Of a stretch of 64,000 nucleotides of DNA, positions 52,496 to 61,039 are shown one piece after another. The notes beneath the pieces were generated by a model. That model searched no databases, was not told the DNA's origin, and saw only the letters and a program-made list of their open reading frames with translations. Both the position numbers and the translations under genes were made by a program. Each line of letters starts with the position of its first letter. Position 1 is the stretch's first letter. Source of the stretch: a virus (Duplodnaviria > Caudoviricetes); the IMG/VR virus record IMGVR_UViG_3300031994_000062, positions 1-64,000 of that record; one strand, written 5' to 3'.

Positions 52496-52568
52496 AGCCC
52501 CAGGTAAGACTTGAACTTACAACCTGCTGATTACAAATCAGCTGCTCTGCCAATTGAGCTACTGAGGC
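52496..52568 (-). tRNA. tRNA-Thr(UGU)
   Basis: Acceptor GCCUCAG/CUGGGGC, GCUGA-UUUGUAA-UCAGC, T-loop UUCAAGU. Confidence 0.92.
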
Positions 52569-52619
52569 TGAACAGCACTATAAAAACATAGCGCCATCAC
52601 AAAAGATAAATAAACTATT

Positions 52620-52766
52620 TTATACTTCAAGCTGTAATAAAAGTTCCTTTACGGCATCGTGCCATTTTCTAGGAACTTCATAGTCTATTAAAGCCAAGGC
52701 TTCCTCTAAAGTTATTTCACCTGACTCAATTCTTGATAAATATTTTCTGTAATAGATCTTAGCCAT
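52620..52766 (-). CDS. Small CD1375/XkdX-like fibre-associated protein (48 aa)
   Basis: Not in ORF track. MAKIYYRKYLSRIESGEITLEEALALIDYEVPRKWHDAVKELLLQLEV*. Start overlaps the upstream stop. Confidence 0.65.
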   Translation of the reverse strand: MAKIYYRKYLSRIESGEITLEEALALIDYEVPRKWHDAVKELLLQLEV

Positions 52767-53023
52767 TATCCCACCACCATTTCTGCAAGCTCGGTAAGTG
52801 CTGCGTAAACATCATCTAAAGCATCGCTATGATCCATAACTTCTTTGTATGTTTCCCAGTCATCTTTTAAAACTTTAATTTCCATCCATTCCCAGTGTTC
52901 TGGATAATCATCAGTTGCTTCAATTAACTCAAAGTTCTTACGCACATAATTCCATCTACGGCTAGATGTAGTATCTAGGCTTTCTGGTTTAACAGAGTCC
53001 CCGTTCTCGACCTTTTTCCACAT
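52766..53023 (-). CDS. XkdW-like fibre chaperone
   Basis: 85 aa ending LDDVYAALTELAEMV, typical of genes following fibre/receptor genes. Confidence 0.55.
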   Translation of the reverse strand: MWKKVENGDSVKPESLDTTSSRRWNYVRKNFELIEATDDYPEHWEWMEIKVLKDDWETYKEVMDHSDALDDVYAALTELAEMVVG

Positions 53024-53170
53024 TTTTCATTCTCCTTCCTTTGGTTATAACCAATTTGTTTTTTAAGTTTCCGTATATCAATATAAGGTTTAATTATATT
53101 TCTGAATATATGACCCATAGCCCATATTAAGCTTGTTAGTTATAAACTGTCTTAATTATATCCCCATTAA

Positions 53171-54466
53171 TCACTCTATTGGTTTGCAAGAAGGAGCCGC
53201 CGCGACGTCCCAGTACGAAGCCGAAGACGCGTTGTCCAGGCGGAAATAGCAAGAACCACAGCTGGAACCGTTGACAGCGCGACCACCCCGGATGGCGTAA
53301 TCGACTTGACCGTTATTAGAATAAAAATAGTCTGCATAATAAGTGCTGCTACTACCTTCAACGGTCGAAGGAATGAACTGCTTCTCACTAAAGCTAAAGT
53401 TTTTAACCCATCCACTTTCCGGAATAGCTGTTCCTACTAAGTATCCAGAATAATCAGATGAACTATTGCTAACAACATAGTCAGAAACACCAGACCCATC
53501 GAGGGTTGATCTGGTAAGCTTAAACTTTCCGATACCATTGTCATTAATTAAACCAGCAAAACGCCGCCATAAATTTCCCCACCAGTTTTCCATACCAAAC
53601 ACCTTAACACCAGATGTTGTAGTAGAGTATCCGTAGAACATACCCTTGTCATCCATGGTTCCAGTATTTAAGACTCCAGATTGACCTGAAGTAGTATTTC
53701 CTTGTCCAAATGCGCTTTGAGAGTCAGTAGACTTACTTATAAGAATCAACAGGAAATTGATCAGAATAATATCACAATAAACTTCAGTATCCCAAATCGG
53801 TAAAGTAGTGTTATTGGCCTGGCAATAGGTTCTCTCAGTTGCAGCGTTTAAACTTGCAGTCGGTGTTTTACCACTTATAGAGCGCATCCTTGTGCCGTCA
53901 TAATATCCGTTATAGATTGGTGTATAAAAGTGATCTACATAAACACGCTGATTATTCAAAAACGACCAAGCATTAAACCCTTCATCGACCTGATGATCAG
54001 CTATATAAATACTGGCACTTTCACTTACTGTTGGCGTATCTGGTACTATCTTATACCATATTTTAGAGCCTCCACGACCCCATTCCATCATGGCATTTCC
54101 AGCGTAAGTTTCATCAGCTACATCAGATGGTGTGCCGTCAATTTTTTTGCTATAGTCATCAGGATCTAAATAATAATCTACTTCGCCATCGTAGTTAAGC
54201 ATACATGGCCGTGGCATAAAGAATGCATCTTTCCAAGAACCATAATTAAATACGCCATTAGTGTAATCCATATAGGCCGGAGTCATACCAACAGCGTCTT
54301 TTAAATAAGTAACCCTATCCTCGGGATCAGATTCATTTGCGTCTATGTAAAATCCGTAAATATATCCTTTGTTTTTGCCGCCAGCCAGGACATTTTTAAT
54401 GGCTTTTAAGGTCTCATTTATTTCCTGTCCAGTTATATCTTTTAATATTTTATGATTATCTGTCAT
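53171..54466 (-). CDS. Receptor-binding protein with C-type-lectin-fold (DGR target-like) C-terminus
   Basis: FGMENWWGNLW and a C-terminal RGG...NGSSCG...LDNASSASYWDVAAAPSCKP pattern. Confidence 0.75.
   Translation of the reverse strand: MTDNHKILKDITGQEINETLKAIKNVLAGGKNKGYIYGFYIDANESDPEDRVTYLKDAVGMTPAYMDYTNGVFNYGSWKDAFFMPRPCMLNYDGEVDYYLDPDDYSKKIDGTPSDVADETYAGNAMMEWGRGGSKIWYKIVPDTPTVSESASIYIADHQVDEGFNAWSFLNNQRVYVDHFYTPIYNGYYDGTRMRSISGKTPTASLNAATERTYCQANNTTLPIWDTEVYCDIILINFLLILISKSTDSQSAFGQGNTTSGQSGVLNTGTMDDKGMFYGYSTTTSGVKVFGMENWWGNLWRRFAGLINDNGIGKFKLTRSTLDGSGVSDYVVSNSSSDYSGYLVGTAIPESGWVKNFSFSEKQFIPSTVEGSSSTYYADYFYSNNGQVDYAIRGGRAVNGSSCGSCYFRLDNASSASYWDVAAAPSCKPIE
53186..53305 (-). other. Candidate DGR variable repeat (VR)
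   Basis: 40 consecutive codons with no third-position A, many NNC codons, abrupt GC rise. No template repeat seen in the window. Confidence 0.6.
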
Positions 54467-54481
54467 ATATTTTTTCTCCTT

Positions 54482-56074
54482 TTATCTCTGACATAGATCT
54501 CCGTCTTCATCTATGTAAAATCCAATGTTTTCTTGCTCCTTTACCGTATCAGTTAGAGTGTCTACTTTATCTGATATAGAACTTATGTATTTTGTTGTAT
54601 GACCTACAGGTATTTCTACAGATACGTCGTCGTTGTATACGAATTCTTCAGTACCGGCCGGGTCACACTCTTGAAGTTCTTGGTAAGGCTGTGCGGATTC
54701 GGTGATTGGTATAGCAAGTTCGTAAACGAGATATACACCTGACATGGCGGCTTTGAAGGCGGCGGCATCAGTGTAAGACAAATCAACAATCGAAAACAAG
54801 TTGTTAGTTACCCACACCGCCATTGTCTTATCGTAACTGGTAGTATTGTTATAATGGTTTGCTCCAGATGTCGGTGTGTATTTTGGACATATTACGCCAT
54901 TACTAATATCAGAAGTTGAGCTAACCAGTTTAATCGCCGGGGAGATGTCCGTTGTTGTAAAATACCAATCTGTTCCAGCAACTCTATCAAATTTTGCCCA
55001 CGTCAGCGTCCCCAAATCCACGATCCCATACCGCCTTGTAACCGTCCCGTCGGCTTCGTAGGTATCACCGTCGTAGTAGAGCTTATTTGCGGCATCTAGT
55101 TTCGGGACACCTAGTAGAGTAAGCGATGAGTCAAGAGGGTAGCTACGTTTCTGGTACGGTTCGTATGTGCCGTTCTTCGCCGGGTCGAAGATGTTGATGC
55201 AGATGTCGTGGTTGTAGGTAGAACCGTATGCGTCCCAAGTGCCGAACGCAAGGAAATAACAGTTCTCAGGAGTTGGGATGGTGAATCCTCCCTGTCCTAC
55301 AGCTCTTGATGCACTTGATATAAACGCACCACTGCCATCATAAGAGCACCACGCTACCCCTGATGTTGTTCCCATCATGAAGTAGTACGTAGTATTTGGT
55401 AAGACGGGGATTAAATTCTTGCATCTGATACGGGAATTGTAGACCCGTTTCTGTCCGCTTCTATCGTAATCACCAACTTCCCATTCTTCATCCCACTGGT
55501 TAAACCCAACCACATCATGGCTCTGGAGATTCTCAACACTCTTCAGTGTTCCAGCATCATATTCATAATAATCCTTCGGGAAGAGCTTCCTGAAGAAAGC
55601 GACACCATCTCCTGCGTGTGCTTGTTCAAGGGAGTAGATGTAGTCTGCTATGGTTGAGCCGAACATGGCGGTAAGGTCGATGACGATATCCGTTCCACTT
55701 GTCAAACCAGTTATAGCCGACCCATCGCTTACACCGATTGATGCCGTGCCGCTTTTGATCATGTAATATTTACGATTGTTAGGAACCGTTACGCTAGAGT
55801 CATTACATATCTGATTCCACACAACCGTCCCACCAACAATTTCCTCAAGCTTTTCGAGGTTGCCAGCTTTAGAATCTCCACCGGTTTGACGGTAAACATA
55901 CGGAATAGAGTCTGTATCCCCATTATCATTTATTTGCCCGTAAGTAGAATCCCATTTATATCTTTCTCCCGTAGTAATCAACGAAATATCTGTTCCATCT
56001 TCTTCTGCGTCTTTAGGTTTAATTTTATTCATCAAATAATTAAGTCCATTTTTATCTAAATATTCTATAGACAT
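54482..56074 (-). CDS. Virion fibre/adhesin-like protein
   Basis: N-terminal EYLDKNGLNYLMNKIK anchor shared with 44505..45113. GC-richer central module. Confidence 0.65.
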   Translation of the reverse strand: MSIEYLDKNGLNYLMNKIKPKDAEEDGTDISLITTGERYKWDSTYGQINDNGDTDSIPYVYRQTGGDSKAGNLEKLEEIVGGTVVWNQICNDSSVTVPNNRKYYMIKSGTASIGVSDGSAITGLTSGTDIVIDLTAMFGSTIADYIYSLEQAHAGDGVAFFRKLFPKDYYEYDAGTLKSVENLQSHDVVGFNQWDEEWEVGDYDRSGQKRVYNSRIRCKNLIPVLPNTTYYFMMGTTSGVAWCSYDGSGAFISSASRAVGQGGFTIPTPENCYFLAFGTWDAYGSTYNHDICINIFDPAKNGTYEPYQKRSYPLDSSLTLLGVPKLDAANKLYYDGDTYEADGTVTRRYGIVDLGTLTWAKFDRVAGTDWYFTTTDISPAIKLVSSTSDISNGVICPKYTPTSGANHYNNTTSYDKTMAVWVTNNLFSIVDLSYTDAAAFKAAMSGVYLVYELAIPITESAQPYQELQECDPAGTEEFVYNDDVSVEIPVGHTTKYISSISDKVDTLTDTVKEQENIGFYIDEDGDLCQR

Positions 56075-56182
56075 AATTTTCTCCTTTTATCTTTAATTAG
56101 CACCTTTCTCATTGACGCACCGAGCTTTCACCGACTTTAACGGAGGGTACAAATTTATTTCATTGCAGCAAAATTAACCTAA

Positions 56183-56596
56183 TCAACTATTTTCAATCTT
56201 ATTAATCAGACGCATGAAATCCTGCTTTACACTCTCATCTGCATCTGCCATAAGATCTCTTAGATCATTTGCCATTTCCATTGAGTATCCGCGATCGTAT
56301 CCTTTACGACTATATCTTCCAGACCTGCTATAGCGTCCGTTTCTAGCGTAATTATTCATTCCATAATTCATTCCGCTATTACGATACATAGGATCATCAT
56401 AACGAGAACTATATCCGCCACCATTACGAGAACTATATTCAGGCATCTCTTTCTTTTCAATAATTTTTTCTATATTTTTCATTGCGTGAGCGAGCATGTC
56501 AACAATCTCAAGATCGCCAGCATCCCAAGTAGGTTTATGGCCGATGTCCTCAAGTTCCTGACAAAGTCGTTCTTCTAAGTTATAAATTCCGTCCAT
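56183..56596 (-). CDS. Cassette gene 6: helical protein with R/Y/S/G-rich low-complexity tail
   Basis: 137 aa, YSSRNGGGYSSRY...YARNGRYSRSGRYSRKGYDRGYS. Confidence 0.75.
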   Translation of the reverse strand: MDGIYNLEERLCQELEDIGHKPTWDAGDLEIVDMLAHAMKNIEKIIEKKEMPEYSSRNGGGYSSRYDDPMYRNSGMNYGMNNYARNGRYSRSGRYSRKGYDRGYSMEMANDLRDLMADADESVKQDFMRLINKIENS

Positions 56597-56606
56597 AAGT
56601 ACCTCC

Positions 56607-57029
56607 TTATCCTATAACAATGAATGCATTACGCATGTTTATTGGTTGCGAACTCGTATTTCTTACAGTAAGAGTTTCACAGCATCCGCGCCATACATCG
56701 GCAACGACAGCTTTGGAAACTGCATTGTAAGAATTTAATGCGGTAGGAGTAGATGTCATAGTTGAAGCCGGTATTGTGGCGCCGCCAATGGCTATGGCAA
56801 CCGTAATTTCTTCAACGGTTCCGCCAGTCGGTACGCTAATATCAGCTCCGAAATCAACTAAGTAATTTACTGTTTGTTTGCAAGGACATCCACAACGTCC
56901 AGCTAAATTAAAACTATCAGACCTTGCGCGAACTAAACCGTTATTACAGGGTACTTCAACTGTAGTGAATACAGCACTTTCGCCGGGATTAATAGTTTGT
57001 TCTGAAGCATTAGAGTATGCACATAACAT
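56607..57029 (-). CDS. Cassette gene 5: Cys-rich beta-sandwich protein (BclA-C/C1q-like, inferred)
   Basis: Alternating beta pattern, RCGCPC and GCCETL motifs. Confidence 0.65.
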   Translation of the reverse strand: MLCAYSNASEQTINPGESAVFTTVEVPCNNGLVRARSDSFNLAGRCGCPCKQTVNYLVDFGADISVPTGGTVEEITVAIAIGGATIPASTMTSTPTALNSYNAVSKAVVADVWRGCCETLTVRNTSSQPINMRNAFIVIG

Positions 57030-57046
57030 TTCTAACACCCCCTAAT

Positions 57047-57862
57047 TTACGCATTACATCCGCAAGCGTTTGTATAGCCACAACCACAACTATTATTTAC
57101 AAAAGGATTAGGAACTGTATAAGAGGGCACTGGATAGGGAGCAATACGATTTACAACATACTGTGTCTGAGCAGCATTGTCAGCAACCAGTTGAGCAGTC
57201 TGCTGTGCCTGAGAATTAGCAAGATTCATCATATTAAGCTGAGTTCTAAGGTTTGCAATTTCCTCATTTTTCTGATCAAGCTTATCCTGGCACATCTGAT
57301 CTTTAATGCCCTGGAACCCAGCATTCATAGCATTAAGAATTCCATTAGTATTAGCATTGTTCTGTGCAGTTAAATTCATCAAACCTTCAGAAACTGCCTG
57401 TCTATCTGCACAAGCCTCTCTTGCAACGTCAGCACCAAGGTTAGCCAATCCAAGACGATTTTCGCAGCAACAATCTGAGAACTGACTCTGCATGTTGTTG
57501 AATCCTTGAAGTATTGCCATCTGATTTGCAAAATTCTGATTCATGTCGGCGATTTGACGAGCGTTATTAGAGGCTTCTGCCTGAGCAAATCCATTAGCTA
57601 CAGCAGTCTGGATTGAATCAATACCAGAATTGATCATCTGGTCTCGGAACCCACCATTAATCTGATCAGACTGATTCATCCACGGATATAAAGTATCAAC
57701 ACTTCCATCACCGTTTCCGCCCCAGCCATTTCTTCCAAATCCAAAGAGGAAAAGTACAAGGAGCCAAAAGGCACCATCATTTCCACCAAAACCGCCGAAA
57801 CCACCGTTTCCGGTTACTGCTGCAACGTCTGCAGCGGAAAGCCCATTATTAGTATTAATCAT
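57047..57862 (-). CDS. Cassette gene 4: Gly-rich hydrophobic N-terminus + Gln/Asn coiled-coil with CCC motif
   Basis: GFGGFGGNDGAFWLLVLFLFGFGRNGWGG, DCCCENR, C-terminal CGCGYTNACGC. Confidence 0.8.
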   Translation of the reverse strand: MINTNNGLSAADVAAVTGNGGFGGFGGNDGAFWLLVLFLFGFGRNGWGGNGDGSVDTLYPWMNQSDQINGGFRDQMINSGIDSIQTAVANGFAQAEASNNARQIADMNQNFANQMAILQGFNNMQSQFSDCCCENRLGLANLGADVAREACADRQAVSEGLMNLTAQNNANTNGILNAMNAGFQGIKDQMCQDKLDQKNEEIANLRTQLNMMNLANSQAQQTAQLVADNAAQTQYVVNRIAPYPVPSYTVPNPFVNNSCGCGYTNACGCNA

Positions 57863-58159
57863 AAGGCATTCTCCTTTCTAAATATTTTTAAAAAATTAAT
57901 AAGTTGTAGTAATTCGTGCACAAATTACTTTGTATATAATCATCTATAAAGATGCTTATATTTCCATATAACGAAATAAGCGCACCATAATCACACTCCT
58001 AGAAAAACACCGATTTACGGCGGTTCACTCTTGTTTGCGTAGATTTGATGCGCTTGTTAAATAAGTTATTATTCAACTGTTTAATCAGTAATAATATTAA
58101 GTTTTTATAGCGTTAGAATGTCTCTTTATTTATTTCATACATCTATTCCAAAAGAATCA

Positions 58160-58396
58160 TTAACCACCGAACCCACTTCCTCTAATTATGTTAGCCCACT
58201 GACTGATTTGATTAAACTGTTGCTGAGTCATCTGGCCAGAATCAAGTAATCTCTGAACCATTAACTGCGCAGGAACCTGACCGTTATATTGCTGTTTAAA
58301 AGTGTTAAACTGATTTACAAAATTCTGATATCCACCAAACATTTGAAACGGATTATTCATCTGATTTCGCACCTGTCCGAACGGTTGATTAATCAT
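58160..58396 (-). CDS. Cassette gene 3: small Gln/Asn-rich protein
   Basis: NNPFQMF...VQRLLDSGQMTQQQFNQ. Confidence 0.75.
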   Translation of the reverse strand: MINQPFGQVRNQMNNPFQMFGGYQNFVNQFNTFKQQYNGQVPAQLMVQRLLDSGQMTQQQFNQISQWANIIRGSGFGG

Positions 58397-58745
58397 TAGC
58401 GGCACCTCCTAATTCTTTTAATAATTTATTTACACTATCTGCCAAATTTGCGACATTACTTGACAGATTGTTAAATTCATCTCTTGATACATTTTCATTG
58501 ACTTCCTGAGTTATTTCTTCCTCGAAGTTAAATACTCGAAGTCGCTGTGGAACTCCATTGACGTTAGATTTAATCCAGAATTTTCCTGCATCGAAATCCA
58601 TTAGTAAGACAGCGTTTCCTGATGCTACTGGGTATGCCTGGGCACCAGATTCACCATTCACAAAGACAGTCATCATAGAGTTCGAAGGATCATTGTTGTA
58701 TATATAACCCGTATTTTGTGATGAGTAATTGTTTCCGAAGTTCAT
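58389..58745 (-). CDS. Cassette gene 2: hypothetical protein
   Basis: 118 aa, VNGESGAQAYPVASG...LMD...FWIKS. Confidence 0.75.
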   Translation of the reverse strand: MNFGNNYSSQNTGYIYNNDPSNSMMTVFVNGESGAQAYPVASGNAVLLMDFDAGKFWIKSNVNGVPQRLRVFNFEEEITQEVNENVSRDEFNNLSSNVANLADSVNKLLKELGGAAND

Positions 58746-58751
58746 AATTTA

Positions 58752-59132
58752 TTACTCCTCCTTATACCAATAAAATTGCGGAATTTCCCGTGATGAGTCC
58801 CATGAATCATAAAGTATTCCATTTTTTACTGTGGCAACATGGCCATCGCAAAACAACACATAGATTCCCCTTGGATGGTCTATGCAAAAATCCCAAAGTG
58901 TATAACAATCTGGGCACCTATTTGGAATAACTTGTCTCTGGAACCCATACTTTCGCAATACACCAGCTATTACAGAATTAGAATGCGGCATCAGTCCCAT
59001 ATTAAAGCCCATTTCAGTCAAAATATCGTATGTCTGATCCCATGACGTATCTAATGCGACTGTCAAGGCTCGTATAGAGCAGTCTTCTGTATGATGTCCT
59101 ACAGGATTGGGATTATAGTATTTGTAAGCCAT
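58752..59132 (-). CDS. Cassette gene 1: putative papain-fold Cys peptidase
   Basis: EDCSIRAL (Cys), DGHVATV (His), LYDSWDS (Asp). The triad is inferred. Confidence 0.6.
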   Translation of the reverse strand: MAYKYYNPNPVGHHTEDCSIRALTVALDTSWDQTYDILTEMGFNMGLMPHSNSVIAGVLRKYGFQRQVIPNRCPDCYTLWDFCIDHPRGIYVLFCDGHVATVKNGILYDSWDSSREIPQFYWYKEE

Positions 59133-59174
59133 GTAAAATCACTCCAATCAAAAAAGGGGCTATAAAAGCCCCCA

Positions 59175-59372
59175 TTAATCCATTGTTTCTTCGTATTCGA
59201 TGATCTCCTCTTGTTTTGCCGTTACAGAAATATCAAACACTTTATCTTTATAAAAATTCTCCAGAATATTCATAAGGTCAACAATTACGCCGTCTTCATC
59301 AACAAGCTGACCTTCATTAAATTCAAGCTTCTTTAGCTTTCCACTCCATGTAGTAGATTTCTTCACATCCAT
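59175..59372 (-). CDS. Small acidic protein, YonK-like
   Basis: 65 aa. Resemblance to SPbeta YonK is from memory. Confidence 0.5.
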   Translation of the reverse strand: MDVKKSTTWSGKLKKLEFNEGQLVDEDGVIVDLMNILENFYKDKVFDISVTAKQEEIIEYEETMD

Positions 59373-59390
59373 GTTCCTTTTCCTCCTTTA

Positions 59391-60005
59391 TTATAAAATG
59401 TCGTAGATGGTACATCCATCTTCGCCAATAATTTTATCTACAATTCCCATCTTAGCTGCTTCGGGACTGAAAAACAGGAATTCGTCTTTTCGTCTCTCCT
59501 CGTATTCATCTTCAGTAATATTAGTTCTCTCTAATACAAGCTGCCTATCAATCTCATCAAGATCATCCATAAAGTCCATCCAGTTTCTCATACGACTTGC
59601 GGAATTAGAAAGACTTCGGCTGCTTTCATGCATTAGAAACGAAGAATGCTTCCAAGCGTATCTCTCATGACAAGCAATATATACAGAAAATGCAGCGGAT
59701 GCGACAATAGAAAACGCTACGCCAATAACTTTGGTTTGGCTTGATCTAATTACATCAACTAGATTATTCATTGTTATACATGATCCGCCTTCACTATCAA
59801 TATAAATTCTAATAGGATGACGTTTTTCAACCGGAATATCCTTATCCTCGTCGTTCCATTTAATAATATTCAAAATAACCGACTCTAAAAGCCAGTCAGA
59901 AATCTCATCATTAATTAACAATATTCTATTGTCGTAGAAATCACGAATTACCTCATCCCTAATTTCATCGTTTCCCATATCTGTTAGCGTTGATAAAAAA
60001 TCCAT
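59391..60005 (-). CDS. clpP: ClpP-family serine protease subunit
   Basis: IYIDSEGG, VASAA (Ser), FLMHE (His), EAAKMGIVDKI. Confidence 0.88.
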   Translation of the reverse strand: MDFLSTLTDMGNDEIRDEVIRDFYDNRILLINDEISDWLLESVILNIIKWNDEDKDIPVEKRHPIRIYIDSEGGSCITMNNLVDVIRSSQTKVIGVAFSIVASAAFSVYIACHERYAWKHSSFLMHESSRSLSNSASRMRNWMDFMDDLDEIDRQLVLERTNITEDEYEERRKDEFLFFSPEAAKMGIVDKIIGEDGCTIYDIL

Positions 60006-60026
60006 AATAATTTCTCCTTTTATTCC

Positions 60027-61039
60027 TTAATCTTCAAAATATTCTTTTGCAATATCGTATTTTCGTTGCAAAAAAATAGTGGCATCCTTATATAGGAAAC
60101 CACAAATTTTCTTGATATCATCTATCCGTCGATATCGAACTTGATACATTCCTGGAAGATGAGACCTAATATCCACTTTAAAATTATTTTCACCATATGA
60201 CTCTTTTAAAAGACTGTCAAAGTCTTGACAAAACTTTTTAGAGTTTTGATATACAGCAATTACTTTATCATGCTTTTTTCTACTGGCTATTGTACCATCG
60301 CCATCAACCAAGCCCCTTAAAAAATGTTTGATAAGGTGCTTTGGGACTTTTTCTTCAATATTTTTAAACGATTCAGAATTATGAGTTTTATCAGGAACTA
60401 TATCGAAAACACTTAAATCGTCAAATATTTGTTTAGAATTACAAGATTCAAACTTAACAAAATCTCCTAATCCTTTATTTGTTTCTATTTGTCGATAGTA
60501 CAAATCATTTCCACATTTTAATTCTTCGGCTAATTTTTTAACTATAGCATCGTCTTTTCTTTGCAGTTCAATTGCTAAAAAATAACCACCATTATGAATT
60601 CTAACATAACCATCGGTGTAAATAAGACCAAAAAATAAGCTTTTGCCTCTGTGTCGATAATGCTAAAATAATCATCAACAAAATTAATATTTTTCTCATC
60701 TCTTGGCATTTTGAATGTATTTAATGTTAAACCATTTTCTTTAGCTATATTAGATACGGTAGTACAAGTCGAACCTGTTAATCTAGCTATTTCAGAACTA
60801 TGCACTCCGTCCTTAACCATATTAATAATTTGTGATATCTTTTCCTCTGAGAGTTTACAATGTTTTACTTTTTTAATTTCGTTGTTGATTAAAAAATTAT
60901 TTATCGCTGGATACGACATTTCAAGGTCTCTAGAAATTGCAGATACCGTCATACCGTTTTGAAACATATCAATAATTTTTAATCCTAATTCTTCTGTAAA
61001 TGGTTTTTTACATCTTATCGGCAATTTCACTAGCTTCAC
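60027..61039 (-). pseudogene. Free-standing LAGLIDADG endonuclease with a frameshift in motif 1
   Basis: AYFL at a T6 run near 60630-60635. The -1 frame continues GLIYTDGYV... into ORF 60027..60503, which has FLRGLVDGDGTI. Confidence 0.85.

Noticed and set aside
52362-52553. 63-aa ORF
   Set aside because: It reads through tRNA-Thr and tRNA-Ser.
56085-56160. Possible riboswitch-like structure before the fibre gene
   Set aside because: Only short stems (ccg/cgg, GAAA loop) and no match to an aptamer consensus I can recognise.
53024-56182. DGR template repeat, RT or canonical GC hairpin near the VR-like segment
   Set aside because: No second copy of 53186-53305, no RT ORF and no clear GC-rich cruciform in the window, so a complete DGR is not claimed.
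59990-61039. Intron, or duplicated phoH 3' end, around the phoH-adjacent LAGLIDADG gene
   Set aside because: No group I core motifs and no second phoH C-terminus downstream, unlike the rusA case.
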